Shown here: positions 19,737 to 29,402 of the stretch, piece by piece
Position numbering within the stretch: the stretch's first letter is position 1
How the letters are laid out: every line of letters begins with the position of its first letter
Assembly: GCA_041242255.1 (NCBI GenBank)
Contig: JBESAV010000001.1
Location: 768,001 to 832,000, forward strand
DNA length: 64,000 nt
From: Candidatus Altimarinota bacterium
GTDB taxonomy: Bacteria; Patescibacteriota; Gracilibacteria; UBA1369; GCA-2718715
Direction: 5' to 3'
Translations under genes and position numbers: made by a program
The notes under the pieces: model-generated
Told to the model about the DNA's origin: nothing
The model's input: only the letters and a program-made list of their open reading frames with translations
Database searches by the model: none

Positions 19737-20422
19737 ACATCGTATTCAACCTCTTCCAGTATTCGAATGTTATCAAATGGCCAAAAAACAAGCTCAGCTT
19801 TTCCTCGTATGCTTGATCTATGAACGTAGCTATTTAAATCCTCTGGAGAACAGCTCTGACTAAAGTTACTAAAACAACTTCTCGAGTCAGCACTAGAACC
19901 TCGGTTATCTCCCATTACAAAGTAAGATTCATCCGGAACCTGATAAACAACCTCTTCCTCTATAGAAGCCCCAGGCACAACTGTATTTCCAGCATTATCA
20001 GAGTTCAAATAATCTTCATTCAACTCTATAAACTCTTCATTAAAAAGTTTATATACTTTACCGTCTACAATTTTCAAAGTATCACCTGGTTCTCCAATAA
20101 TTCTCTTCACATAATATTCTTTCTCCACAGAATTACCTGGAGGCCTAAAAACAATAATATCCCCAGCTTTAGGTTTACCAAACGAATAACCAGCTACTTC
20201 TTGATAAATTAACTCATTAACAATAATTTTTTCTTCTTTAGAACTACCAGGTCTCTGACAAACTTCATCAATCACATTCAGAGTGCTACACATAGAAGGA
20301 CCATTAACTCTAAATGGAGAAACAATGTAAGTCCTTATAAAAAGAGCTAACATAACAATAAAAGCCAAATTTATAACTAAATCCATAAACGAAAGGAACC
20401 AATGATGCTTACTTTTTTCCAT
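19733..20422 (-). CDS. lepB: Signal peptidase I
   Basis: GPSM catalytic Ser, YVKRIIG catalytic Lys, MGDNRGSSADSR. Confidence 0.95.
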   Translation of the reverse strand: MEKSKHHWFLSFMDLVINLAFIVMLALFIRTYIVSPFRVNGPSMCSTLNVIDEVCQRPGSSKEEKIIVNELIYQEVAGYSFGKPKAGDIIVFRPPGNSVEKEYYVKRIIGEPGDTLKIVDGKVYKLFNEEFIELNEDYLNSDNAGNTVVPGASIEEEVVYQVPDESYFVMGDNRGSSADSRSCFSNFSQSCSPEDLNSYVHRSSIRGKAELVFWPFDNIRILEEVEYDV

Positions 20423-20495
20423 ATAAAAACGAAATAACTCTTTAAAAAAATCTGCTAACAGCTTAAATTAATACTTAGACAAAAACAATCACAAT

Positions 20496-21080
20496 ATGAT
20501 TCGCGATAGACTATTCAGAAATTACCTAGAAGAAGGTGAGGAACTAATCCATGTTCTTCATCATCACGTAATCTCAACTTTTAAACCGATATTCTTAAAC
20601 ATTTTTCTATACATAGCCATCCCTGCCTTAATATGGTATGCCATACCTCAAGCCACGATAGTTGCTATTCCCTTTATAGTTTTCGGAGTAGGGAAGACCC
20701 TATCAATACTTATCTCATGGTACTACAACGCCCTTCTCATAACTGACGTTAACCTCATTGACTTAGAGTGGCATGGGGTATTTCACAGAGAGGCAACTAG
20801 AATAGAGTACAGACAGGTAGAAAGCTTCTCTTTCGAAATTAATGGAGTCATAAATACTCTTCTTAACATAGGAAATATCGAAATCATGAAGCTTAACGGT
20901 ACAGTCACAGAGATAAACGGAGTATTCAATCCTCAAAAAAACTCTCAACTGCTAACCAAACTACAAGATGAAATCATCAATCAAAACATCCGAAACGACC
21001 ATGAGGCTTTGAAAGGAATTCTTACCAATATGATTCAAGATCACATCAAAGAAAATGGAATTACAATCTACGAAGATTAA
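20496..21080 (+). CDS. Membrane protein with bacterial PH-like domain
   Basis: LEEGEELI, two TMs, WYYNALLITD..LID, GNIEI pattern. Confidence 0.65.
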   Translation: MIRDRLFRNYLEEGEELIHVLHHHVISTFKPIFLNIFLYIAIPALIWYAIPQATIVAIPFIVFGVGKTLSILISWYYNALLITDVNLIDLEWHGVFHREATRIEYRQVESFSFEINGVINTLLNIGNIEIMKLNGTVTEINGVFNPQKNSQLLTKLQDEIINQNIRNDHEALKGILTNMIQDHIKENGITIYED

Positions 21081-22105
21081 GTTCCAATTACATTAACCTC
21101 ACATTCAAGTTCGATACCAAACTTATCTTGAACTCTTTTTTGAATTTCTAAAATTGCTCTTTCTAAGTCTTCACCTAAAGCCTCACCTTTACCTAAAAGG
21201 TTAACCAACACCAAAGCCTGTTTCTCGTAAACACCAACCGTACCAAACTTCTCACCTTTTAAACCACATTGATCAATCAACCAACCAGCCGCTAACTTAA
21301 ACTTATTCCCAAATTTATACACTGGCATATCTTCATATCGTTCTGTAAGCCTATCGATCATTTCTTTTTCAACGATTGGATTCTTAAAGAAGGATCCGCA
21401 AGTTCCAATTTTTTCCCAATCTGGAAGCTTTGAAGAACGTATAGCTATAACCGCATCAGCTATTTCAGAAACACCATATTCATCTATTTCCCTAAAGGCC
21501 TCCTGCAAAGGCTTATATTCAATATTAAACTTATGAAATCCTTTTTTTGAAAGCCTGAATTCAACAGCAGTAATCACTCCTTTACCTTTCAAATCGTTTT
21601 TAAAAATAGAATCCCTATATCCAAATTCACATTCAGAGTTCAACATCTTCACAACCTTCTTCTTATCAAAATCAAAGAAATCTAATCGTCTCAGTACATC
21701 TTTAACCTCAACCCCATAAGCACCAATGTTTTGTACTGGAGCTGTCCCAACATTACCAGGAATCAAAGCTAAATTTTCTAACCCTCCATAATCATTCTCC
21801 ACAGTCCACATCACAAAATCATGCCAATTGGCTCCAGCTTGAACCTTCACCAAAACCTCTGATTCACTTTCAGCAATAACCTCCCAACCATCCATACATA
21901 CTTTCACAACCAGCCCATCAAAATCATTAATAAAAACCATATTACTAGCTCCCCCCATCAATAAAACTTCTCCCTTATAGTCATCCAAAAACTCAGCTAG
22001 TTCCTTCAGTTCAGCCACATCATTCACCTCAGCATATAAACTAGCTTTAGCTGGAATACCAAATGTAGTCATCTTTCCGACATCAACACCTTCAAAAAAA
22101 TCCAC
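21077..22105 (-). CDS. murB: UDP-N-acetylenolpyruvoylglucosamine reductase
   Basis: GLENLALIPGNVG..PVQNIGAYG, FGYRDSIFK, GSFFKNP, QALVLVN. Confidence 0.96.
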   Translation of the reverse strand: MDFFEGVDVGKMTTFGIPAKASLYAEVNDVAELKELAEFLDDYKGEVLLMGGASNMVFINDFDGLVVKVCMDGWEVIAESESEVLVKVQAGANWHDFVMWTVENDYGGLENLALIPGNVGTAPVQNIGAYGVEVKDVLRRLDFFDFDKKKVVKMLNSECEFGYRDSIFKNDLKGKGVITAVEFRLSKKGFHKFNIEYKPLQEAFREIDEYGVSEIADAVIAIRSSKLPDWEKIGTCGSFFKNPIVEKEMIDRLTERYEDMPVYKFGNKFKLAAGWLIDQCGLKGEKFGTVGVYEKQALVLVNLLGKGEALGEDLERAILEIQKRVQDKFGIELECEVNVIGT

Positions 22106-22197
22106 TTTTGATCATTATATAAACCAAAACTAACAAATAAATCCATTTTCAACAACCTACTTATTTGATAAGTTATCAATAACAAATAAGAAAACCT

Positions 22198-23661
22198 ATG
22201 ATCACTCTTAAAGAAGCACTTCAAAAATATGAACCAGTCATTGGTCTTGAAATTCACGTTCAAATGAACACTAAAACTAAAATGTTCTGCCGCTGCTCCA
22301 ACCAATCTTTTAACGTACGTCCAAACATCAACATCTGTCCAATCTGTATGGGATTCCCTGGACAATTACCTAAAGTAAACCAAGAAGCAATTAAAAAGGG
22401 GATTATATCTGGACTTGCTCTAGGATCTAAAATTGAACAACATTCTCAATTTGATAGAAAACAATACTTCTACCCTGACTCACCAAACGGCTTTCAAATC
22501 ACCCAACAATTCCAACCAATCGCTACAGGTGGTGAAGTAGAGATAGAACTTTCAGACGGATCTTATCGAAAGATAAAAATTCACCACATGCACATAGAAA
22601 ATGATGCCGGAAAACTTACTCACATACCAGATGGATCACTATGTGACTACAACCGTGCAGGAAGCCCCCTCATGGAGATTGTTACCGAACCAGACATGTA
22701 CTCTATAGAAGAAGCCTCTCTACTTGCCCAAGAGGTACAAAAAATCATGAGATATTGTGATTCCTCCAATGTTGACATGGAAAAAGGAGAGATGAGATTC
22801 GACTTAAACGTATCACTTAAAGAGAAAGGATCCACACAACTCGGAGTTAAAGTAGAAACAAAAAACCTAAATTCATTCCAAGCCTTAGAAAAAGCAGCAG
22901 AATTCGAAATCCGCCGCCAAGCAGAACTTCTAGAAAGCGGTCAAGAAATTGAACAACAAACCCGTGGATGGTCAGAAGAAAAAGGAAAGACACTTCTTCA
23001 AAGATCAAAAGAGGAAGCTTTAGACTACAGATACTTCCCGGAACCAGACATTCCACCTATCAAACTTACTCAAAAAGAAATTGATTTACAAAAATCACAG
23101 CTACCAATCCTCCCGCTTGAAGTTAAAAAGACTCTAAAGTCTGAATACAACATTGAAGCGGAAGAACTTTCTATTTTAAGCGACACAAAACCAATGTCGG
23201 ATTTCTTCCTTGAAGCAATCAAAATTGGAAAAGATCCAAAAACCACAACTAGTTTCATCACAACAATCCTTATGAAACATCTAAAAGAAGATGGACTAGA
23301 AATCAATTCACCAGAAAACAAAGTTACAGCTCAAATGCTGGGAGAACTAGTCCAATTGATCCAAGATGGGACAATTTCCAACAACGTAGCCAAAACCACA
23401 GTTTTTGAAGAAATGTATAAAACAGGAAAATCACCTCAAACAATAGTAGATGAAAAAGGTCTCAAACAAGTATCAGATACTGCTGCAATAGAAGAGTTCT
23501 GTCAAAAAGCTATCCTAGCTCTACCACAAGCAGCCGAAGACGTTAAAAATGGTCAAATGAAAGCAATTGGTGCATTAGTTGGATTTGTAATGAAAGAATC
23601 AAAAGGACAAGCTAATCCGGCTTTAGTTAACAAAACTTTAGTCAAACTACTCCAGAACTAG
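22198..23661 (+). CDS. gatB: Asp/Glu-tRNA amidotransferase subunit B
   Basis: IGLEIHVQ, FDRKQYFYPD, DYNRAGSPLMEIVTEP, DYRYFPEPD. Confidence 0.97.
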   Translation: MITLKEALQKYEPVIGLEIHVQMNTKTKMFCRCSNQSFNVRPNINICPICMGFPGQLPKVNQEAIKKGIISGLALGSKIEQHSQFDRKQYFYPDSPNGFQITQQFQPIATGGEVEIELSDGSYRKIKIHHMHIENDAGKLTHIPDGSLCDYNRAGSPLMEIVTEPDMYSIEEASLLAQEVQKIMRYCDSSNVDMEKGEMRFDLNVSLKEKGSTQLGVKVETKNLNSFQALEKAAEFEIRRQAELLESGQEIEQQTRGWSEEKGKTLLQRSKEEALDYRYFPEPDIPPIKLTQKEIDLQKSQLPILPLEVKKTLKSEYNIEAEELSILSDTKPMSDFFLEAIKIGKDPKTTTSFITTILMKHLKEDGLEINSPENKVTAQMLGELVQLIQDGTISNNVAKTTVFEEMYKTGKSPQTIVDEKGLKQVSDTAAIEEFCQKAILALPQAAEDVKNGQMKAIGALVGFVMKESKGQANPALVNKTLVKLLQN

Positions 23662-23707
23662 TCTAGAAATACAAAAAATGGTATAATTAATTAAATAATC
23701 AATAAAA

Positions 23708-23980
23708 ATGCAAGAAGCAGTACTCACAACCAAAGACTTCATGAACATATCAATAACTGTTTCTATAATAGTTATTTCTATACTTCTAGCCATAGCAATA
23801 GTACACGCTATTCTAATCATGCATGATGTTAGAAAAGTATCCAAAATAACAGGGGACATATCTGAAGGAATCAATAGCATCTTAATTGCACCTATTGCTC
23901 TAATTGGTCAAATCTCAAGTTCAGTTGCACCTCAAGCTGAAAAAGCTATCAAATCATGGCTTAAGAAGATGGATAAATAA
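23708..23980 (+). CDS. Small single-TM hypothetical protein
   Basis: 90-aa ORF with N-terminal TM; TGGTATAAT upstream. Confidence 0.65.
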   Translation: MQEAVLTTKDFMNISITVSIIVISILLAIAIVHAILIMHDVRKVSKITGDISEGINSILIAPIALIGQISSSVAPQAEKAIKSWLKKMDK

Positions 23981-24746
23981 ATTTATCTTTAAACCAATCT
24001 CTCATAAAAAGTACTGGAAATACAACCAGTGCTTTTAAAATTCTCTTCCATCTCTTCATAGGCTCTTTCAAAAGCCTAAACAACCATTCAAAACCAATCT
24101 TTCTCCTTAGAAAACCAGGCGCCCTCTCCACTACACCAGCCTCATAGTCAAATGCCCCACCAACTCCAAATACAAACTTAACACTTTTCAGCCTACCTCT
24201 AAATCTATCCATCCAAATTTCTTGATTAGGAGCACCAAAAGCCAAAAACAATAAATCTGTATCAGCATTTACTATTTTCTGACAAATCACTTCTCCTTCA
24301 TCCTCCTCTAAAGAAAACTTAGGATTAGCCACTCCTACAATGTTTGAATTTGGATATTTGGAACGTACTGCTTCAGCTACTCCGGGCATAGCTCCGAGTA
24401 AAAATATTTTATATTTTTGCTCTTTTTTACCATTTTCTTCCAAAACTCGCCTAAATAAATCAGAACCACAAATTCTATATAAATTTTTCTCTCCCCAAAA
24501 ATATTTCAAAAAGAACCACAATCCAAATCCATCTACTAGTCTATAATTAGCTCTCCTCAACACTGATCCAAATTCCTCATTTTTCTCCATTTCAACTATC
24601 ATTTCAGGATTTGGAGTCACTACTATATTTGGTTGATCGAAATCTTCACTACATAAACCAAACATATCAACCAAAAAATTCTCCAAACTACCTTTATAAA
24701 AACTCAAGCCTCTATACAAATGCTTTTTTTCAACTATTTTATTCAT
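23961..24746 (-). CDS. WecB/TagA/CpsF family glycosyltransferase
   Basis: VTPNPEM, DGFG, GSDL, FGAPNQE, GVGGAFD, RAP, EWLFRL; start 24746 overlaps the upstream stop. Confidence 0.92.
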   Translation of the reverse strand: MNKIVEKKHLYRGLSFYKGSLENFLVDMFGLCSEDFDQPNIVVTPNPEMIVEMEKNEEFGSVLRRANYRLVDGFGLWFFLKYFWGEKNLYRICGSDLFRRVLEENGKKEQKYKIFLLGAMPGVAEAVRSKYPNSNIVGVANPKFSLEEDEGEVICQKIVNADTDLLFLAFGAPNQEIWMDRFRGRLKSVKFVFGVGGAFDYEAGVVERAPGFLRRKIGFEWLFRLLKEPMKRWKRILKALVVFPVLFMRDWFKDKFIYPSS

Positions 24747-25509
24747 CTGCAACGCCCTTTTTACATATAAAAACCATATTCTCACAGCTCCACCAATTTT
24801 TCACCATACCCTTTTTAGTAACATAAATCTCATCAATCAACACTAAACCTGATTGTTTAATTAGCTTTCTCATTTCCCAGGGGGTAAAAGCATGATAATA
24901 CCTCTCAACTCCAGAATCTCCCCAAGCCACAAAACAATCGCCAAATTCATATTCTTTCAATCTTTTCGGATGAAAACTTTCCCAAACAAGTTTACGCCAC
25001 CTTGGCTGAAACAAATTCCATACAGAAAAAGCAAAGTAACCTCCATCCTTTAAAATTCTTTCAACTTCAGCTAAAGCCTCTAATCTTTTAATTTTTCCAG
25101 GCAAATGATGAAATGCAGCAACTGAAATTGCGACGTCATAATAATCATCCTTCTCATCCAAATCACCAAATTGACCTTTCTTAAAAGCGTACTCAGTGTC
25201 TTTATCAATCACCTCTTTTTCACCTTCATCATTTATAAACCTACGAAAAGAAAAATTCTCCTGGGCTTGTTTCAAAATACCCTTAGAAATATCTACACCC
25301 TTATATTCGATTTTTCTATCATGTAATGATTTTAATAGCCTACCGTTACCGCATCCTATATCTAAAACCTTATCATCTTGCTGAATAAGCTCCTTATAAA
25401 TTTGAAACTCATACCACGTCTTAAACCTTGACTGACTAAACTCTTCTGCTATAGAATTATAATCTTGTTGAACCTGTTTCACTAAAGCCTCAGCCACATC
25501 CTTCTTCAT
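24739..25509 (-). CDS. Class I SAM methyltransferase, Trm9/ALKBH8-MT-like
   Basis: YNSIAEEFSQSRFKTW, VLDIGCGNGR, ISVAAFHHL, FSVW, DCFVAW, RYYHAFT match the Trm9 motif series; ATG at 25509. Confidence 0.78.
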   Translation of the reverse strand: MKKDVAEALVKQVQQDYNSIAEEFSQSRFKTWYEFQIYKELIQQDDKVLDIGCGNGRLLKSLHDRKIEYKGVDISKGILKQAQENFSFRRFINDEGEKEVIDKDTEYAFKKGQFGDLDEKDDYYDVAISVAAFHHLPGKIKRLEALAEVERILKDGGYFAFSVWNLFQPRWRKLVWESFHPKRLKEYEFGDCFVAWGDSGVERYYHAFTPWEMRKLIKQSGLVLIDEIYVTKKGMVKNWWSCENMVFICKKGVADE

Positions 25510-25575
25510 AATTTGAAAATATAGTGATACACTTGCAAACAAGTTACCAACTAAAGAATTAAAAGTAAACAAGCC

Positions 25576-27243
25576 ATGGCAGTCTACGAAACCAGACCAA
25601 AATTAGAAAAGATGTGTAAAGAGGTTATTTTCAAACTTTATGAGTTTGTAGATATGGCTGACGACGCTTTACTTACAAGAAAAAGAGTAGAAAAAATTCG
25701 TAATAGAGTCACCAAAAAGTATGGCTTAACCCCACCTAGAAACATTGAGTTAGTAAAAGCATACAACGAATTACTTGATGAAAAAATTATTGAACCAAAC
25801 GAAACAATTCTTAACTTTATCGTAAAACGAAGAGTTAGAACACTTTCTGGTATAGCCAACATAACCGTAATGCTTAAAGCCTTTGGTTGTCCTGGACAGT
25901 GTATTTTTTGCCCTACTCAAGAAGGAATGCCCAAAAGTTACTTCTCAACACAACCAGCTATGCTGCGTGCCGTTAGAAACAATTTCGACGCATATTCTCA
26001 AGTCAAAGCCAGACTAAATGGCCTTAAAACTCAAGGACACGACGTAACAAAAATAGATATTAGAACTGCAGGAGGTACCTGGAGCTCCTATCTACCTGAA
26101 TACCAAGAACATTTCATCAAAAGTATTTACTTTGCACTTAATGAAGGCCCAGGTGAACCACTACCCCTCGAAGAAGCTAATCAACTCATTGAAGAATCCA
26201 CTTTAGAAGATTTGATTAAAGAAAATGAAACTACCACATCCAAGTGTGTTGGCTTGTGGATAGAAACTCGCCCTGACTGGGTTACACATAAAGAGATAAA
26301 AAAACTAAGAAGATTCGGAGTAACAGGTATAGAACTAGGTATCCAAACAACAGATGACAAAGTAAACGAATTTTGCAAACGAGGCCATGGCATGAAAGAG
26401 TCGGAATACGCTACTAAACTATCAAGAGATGCAGGTCTAAAAGTCTGCCACCATCTCATGCCCAATCTTCCTACAGCAACAATTGAATCTGATATTCAAA
26501 GTATAAAAGATACTTTCCAAACCGATAAACTACAACCTGACTATATTAAGATTTACCCTTGTATGGTGGTTCCAACCACGGAATTAGCTAAAATGTACGA
26601 AGAAGATAAATCAGTTCACACAGCCTACCCTGATGAAGAACTTATAAATCTTCTTATCAAATGTATGGAAATGACACCAGAATACTGTCGTATCATCAGA
26701 GTTTTACGAGATTTCCCATCAGAGCTAGTACTTGAAGGAACCAAAAAACTAAACCTAAGGCAAATCATACACCAAAGAGGTGTTGATTGCAGATGTGTAA
26801 GATGTAGAGAAATCAAAGGACAAAAATTCGACAACGACAAAGTTCAAATACGAGAAACCTGGTATAAAGCTAACCAAGGGGATGAAGTATTCATTCAAGC
26901 AGAAGAACCAGAAATAGATAAACTCATCGGATTAGTCCGTTTACGCCTAGTTGAAGAGCAAAACAGCAGCACAGACATACCAGAGTTACTCGGGAAAACC
27001 GCTTTAATAAGGGAATTACACGTATATGGACAACAAAAATCACTAAAGAAAAAGAGGGGAGAGGTACTTAAATCAAATTCACAACATCAAGGTTTTGGTA
27101 AAAGACTCATGCACCACGCTGAAAAAGTCGCAAAAGAAAAAGGATTTAATAAAATTGCAGTTATATCAGCAATAGGTACTAGAGAGTATTACAAAAAACT
27201 AGGATACCAACTTGAAGGAACTTACATGGTAAAAGCATTATAA
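25576..27243 (+). CDS. elp3: Elp3 radical SAM/KAT tRNA U34 carboxymethyltransferase
   Basis: RTLSG, CPGQCIFCP, PKSY, GGTW, IETRPD, KIYP, CRCVRCRE, IRELHVYG, QHQGFG, VISAIGTREYYKKLGY. Confidence 0.95.
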   Translation: MAVYETRPKLEKMCKEVIFKLYEFVDMADDALLTRKRVEKIRNRVTKKYGLTPPRNIELVKAYNELLDEKIIEPNETILNFIVKRRVRTLSGIANITVMLKAFGCPGQCIFCPTQEGMPKSYFSTQPAMLRAVRNNFDAYSQVKARLNGLKTQGHDVTKIDIRTAGGTWSSYLPEYQEHFIKSIYFALNEGPGEPLPLEEANQLIEESTLEDLIKENETTTSKCVGLWIETRPDWVTHKEIKKLRRFGVTGIELGIQTTDDKVNEFCKRGHGMKESEYATKLSRDAGLKVCHHLMPNLPTATIESDIQSIKDTFQTDKLQPDYIKIYPCMVVPTTELAKMYEEDKSVHTAYPDEELINLLIKCMEMTPEYCRIIRVLRDFPSELVLEGTKKLNLRQIIHQRGVDCRCVRCREIKGQKFDNDKVQIRETWYKANQGDEVFIQAEEPEIDKLIGLVRLRLVEEQNSSTDIPELLGKTALIRELHVYGQQKSLKKKRGEVLKSNSQHQGFGKRLMHHAEKVAKEKGFNKIAVISAIGTREYYKKLGYQLEGTYMVKAL

Positions 27244-27473
27244 TGACAAACAATTTCGAAAAAATAAACAAACCAAAACCAAAAGAATTCCAAACTCAAA
27301 GTAAATTTCCATACAAAACGGTCGCAGTCATAGGCGCAATAATTTCTTTTATTGCAGGCTTAGAGGAACCATCACCAAGAAGATATTTGTTTGAACAGAT
27401 ACAACAAATCAAAAATAATATTCTACAAGTCCAAGCAGAGGAGACCTCAATTTCCAACTCAAACCAAAACTAA
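27243..27473 (+). CDS. Hypothetical 76-aa protein with one hydrophobic segment
   Basis: TAATG overlap with the elp3 stop codon. Confidence 0.55.
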   Translation: MTNNFEKINKPKPKEFQTQSKFPYKTVAVIGAIISFIAGLEEPSPRRYLFEQIQQIKNNILQVQAEETSISNSNQN

Positions 27474-27591
27474 CCCCTCACAATATACCTTGTACGGTAT
27501 AAAGCGGTTTAAATTTATATAAACTAAATGACCTGCTTTCTACAAGTCATCTAGCTATATAATAGAATCAGACTCCTTTACCAATATGCGC

Positions 27592-28341
27592 TTAAACTTC
27601 AACAGAATACTTAATTGTAGTTGAACCTTTTCTGCAACGCACTTTATCAATACTGATCTCACCAACCTCAGATGTGTTTTCTATATGAGTACCCCCACAA
27701 CCAACTCCATACTCTTCATTACCTTCAAAATAAACTTCTCTATATATTTTACCTTCTGGAGCTCCTTCAGTAACACCATCACTCTCAACGGCTATGATGG
27801 CTAAAGCTTCATTCTTAAGATCATTTAAAGCCTCGGAAATAACTTCAGCATAATCCATCTCATTTAAATCTATCACATCCTCAAACTTCAAGTAAGCTTT
27901 GCCTGGAACATGATCACCACGAGTTGCTCTACTCAATCCTGGCACCTTACCTCTAGCTGCAACTAAATCGATCATGTGACCAACCGTATGATAATTAGAC
28001 ATCAAAATTCGTCTTTCCATATCCACCTCCATTTCAACTTTTGAACCAACTTCAGGCAGTCTCATTCCATTCACAACATTAAAATAATGGTTAACCACAC
28101 TTGTTTCTTTATCTAATTCGACCTTATTCACTTCCAACTCTGTATTTCGCCCCATATCGTCCATAAACCTTATCCACCCCAGATCATAAGCTTGACCACC
28201 ACCCTGCGGATAAAAAACTGTCTGATCGCAATTTAAAGACCATAAATTTTCACTCCCTTCAACTTTTTCAATATTTGTAATTTCCGCCTCACATTTCGCT
28301 CGATATGTATCTTCTAAGTATAAAAGCCTAGTTGGTTTCAT
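27592..28341 (-). CDS. alaX: AlaX-type (AlaX-M) trans-editing aminoacyl-tRNA deacylase
   Basis: LYLEDTY, QTVFYPQGGGQAYDLG, HTVGH (HxxxH) and CGGTH (CxxxH) Zn ligands. Confidence 0.88.
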   Translation of the reverse strand: MKPTRLLYLEDTYRAKCEAEITNIEKVEGSENLWSLNCDQTVFYPQGGGQAYDLGWIRFMDDMGRNTELEVNKVELDKETSVVNHYFNVVNGMRLPEVGSKVEMEVDMERRILMSNYHTVGHMIDLVAARGKVPGLSRATRGDHVPGKAYLKFEDVIDLNEMDYAEVISEALNDLKNEALAIIAVESDGVTEGAPEGKIYREVYFEGNEEYGVGCGGTHIENTSEVGEISIDKVRCRKGSTTIKYSVEV

Positions 28342-28374
28342 AAAATTTTTGGTTACCTATATATAATTTAAACT

Positions 28375-29307
28375 TTAAGTTCTAAAAATCAATTTCCCTT
28401 CATGAATATGGAAAAAACATGACAGTGTACACCTTTCACCAGCCCCCGCTACCGCATGAATCTTATGAGCAGGAAAAACTCCCAAATCGCCAGGACATAA
28501 TTGTAAAGAGTACGAACTAACTCCATCAATCATATCAGGAGTGAACACATAATCCTTTTTCTTCTCAGGATCTAGATCGTCCTCACGAGTAGGTACTTTA
28601 TCCCAGATTATAGTCCTTGATGGATCTTCACCTGAACTCAAACAAAGAATAGCCGCATAAACATTATCAGCCTTAGCAATATCTAGTTCTGGAAAACGAT
28701 TTGATATATCCAATAAATCCTCATGAGGCAGAGCTACAAACTTATTTTCACCCTCATCAACAGTTCCACCCCATCCCCACATCCTCAGGGAACCATACTT
28801 AACTTCATTACCTTTCTTATCAGAAAACCTCTCATATTGTAGACCTAATCGAGCAGCTACATTCTTTAAAAAATCTTCAATATAGTTATTACCCCGCAAA
28901 ATCTCTGATAAGACCTCATTTGATTTTTTTAAGCCACTAAAATAATCCTCTTCAACCATCCCAGGCCTTGATGAATACAAATGAGAGCCAATACTATAAA
29001 TCGGGGGATTTGGATCTACGATCTCTTTTTCCACCATTGGATGCTCGACAAAAGCCCGCACAATATTTTCTCGCTCTTCTTTACTTATATAGTCTTTCAA
29101 ATGAATTGACTCAACATTTCCAAGAAATACCTTATCGATCATTTGACCCGAAACACTATTCGATAAATAGACATCCTCCCCTAGCACAACCTCACTCCTC
29201 TTCCCCACAATCGACTGTATATCATCCAACTTACCTGACTCCTCAACCATTAACTCAGGTAACATAGAATCATACAGATTCTGTAGTTCCAAAACATTTG
29301 TAGCCAT
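28375..29307 (-). CDS. 2-oxoglutarate/Fe(II)-dependent oxygenase-like protein
   Basis: LPHED (HxD), PGDLGVF..KIHAV (distal His), ERCTLS (2OG-binding Arg). Confidence 0.72.
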   Translation of the reverse strand: MATNVLELQNLYDSMLPELMVEESGKLDDIQSIVGKRSEVVLGEDVYLSNSVSGQMIDKVFLGNVESIHLKDYISKEERENIVRAFVEHPMVEKEIVDPNPPIYSIGSHLYSSRPGMVEEDYFSGLKKSNEVLSEILRGNNYIEDFLKNVAARLGLQYERFSDKKGNEVKYGSLRMWGWGGTVDEGENKFVALPHEDLLDISNRFPELDIAKADNVYAAILCLSSGEDPSRTIIWDKVPTREDDLDPEKKKDYVFTPDMIDGVSSYSLQLCPGDLGVFPAHKIHAVAGAGERCTLSCFFHIHEGKLIFRT

Positions 29308-29402
29308 ATAAACAAATTAAATTCCCACTTCTTTTAGAAGCTTGAACCTTGCAAACTTCCTACATAAAGCCTACATCTATTTACTTAACTAATATTTAAA
29401 AA

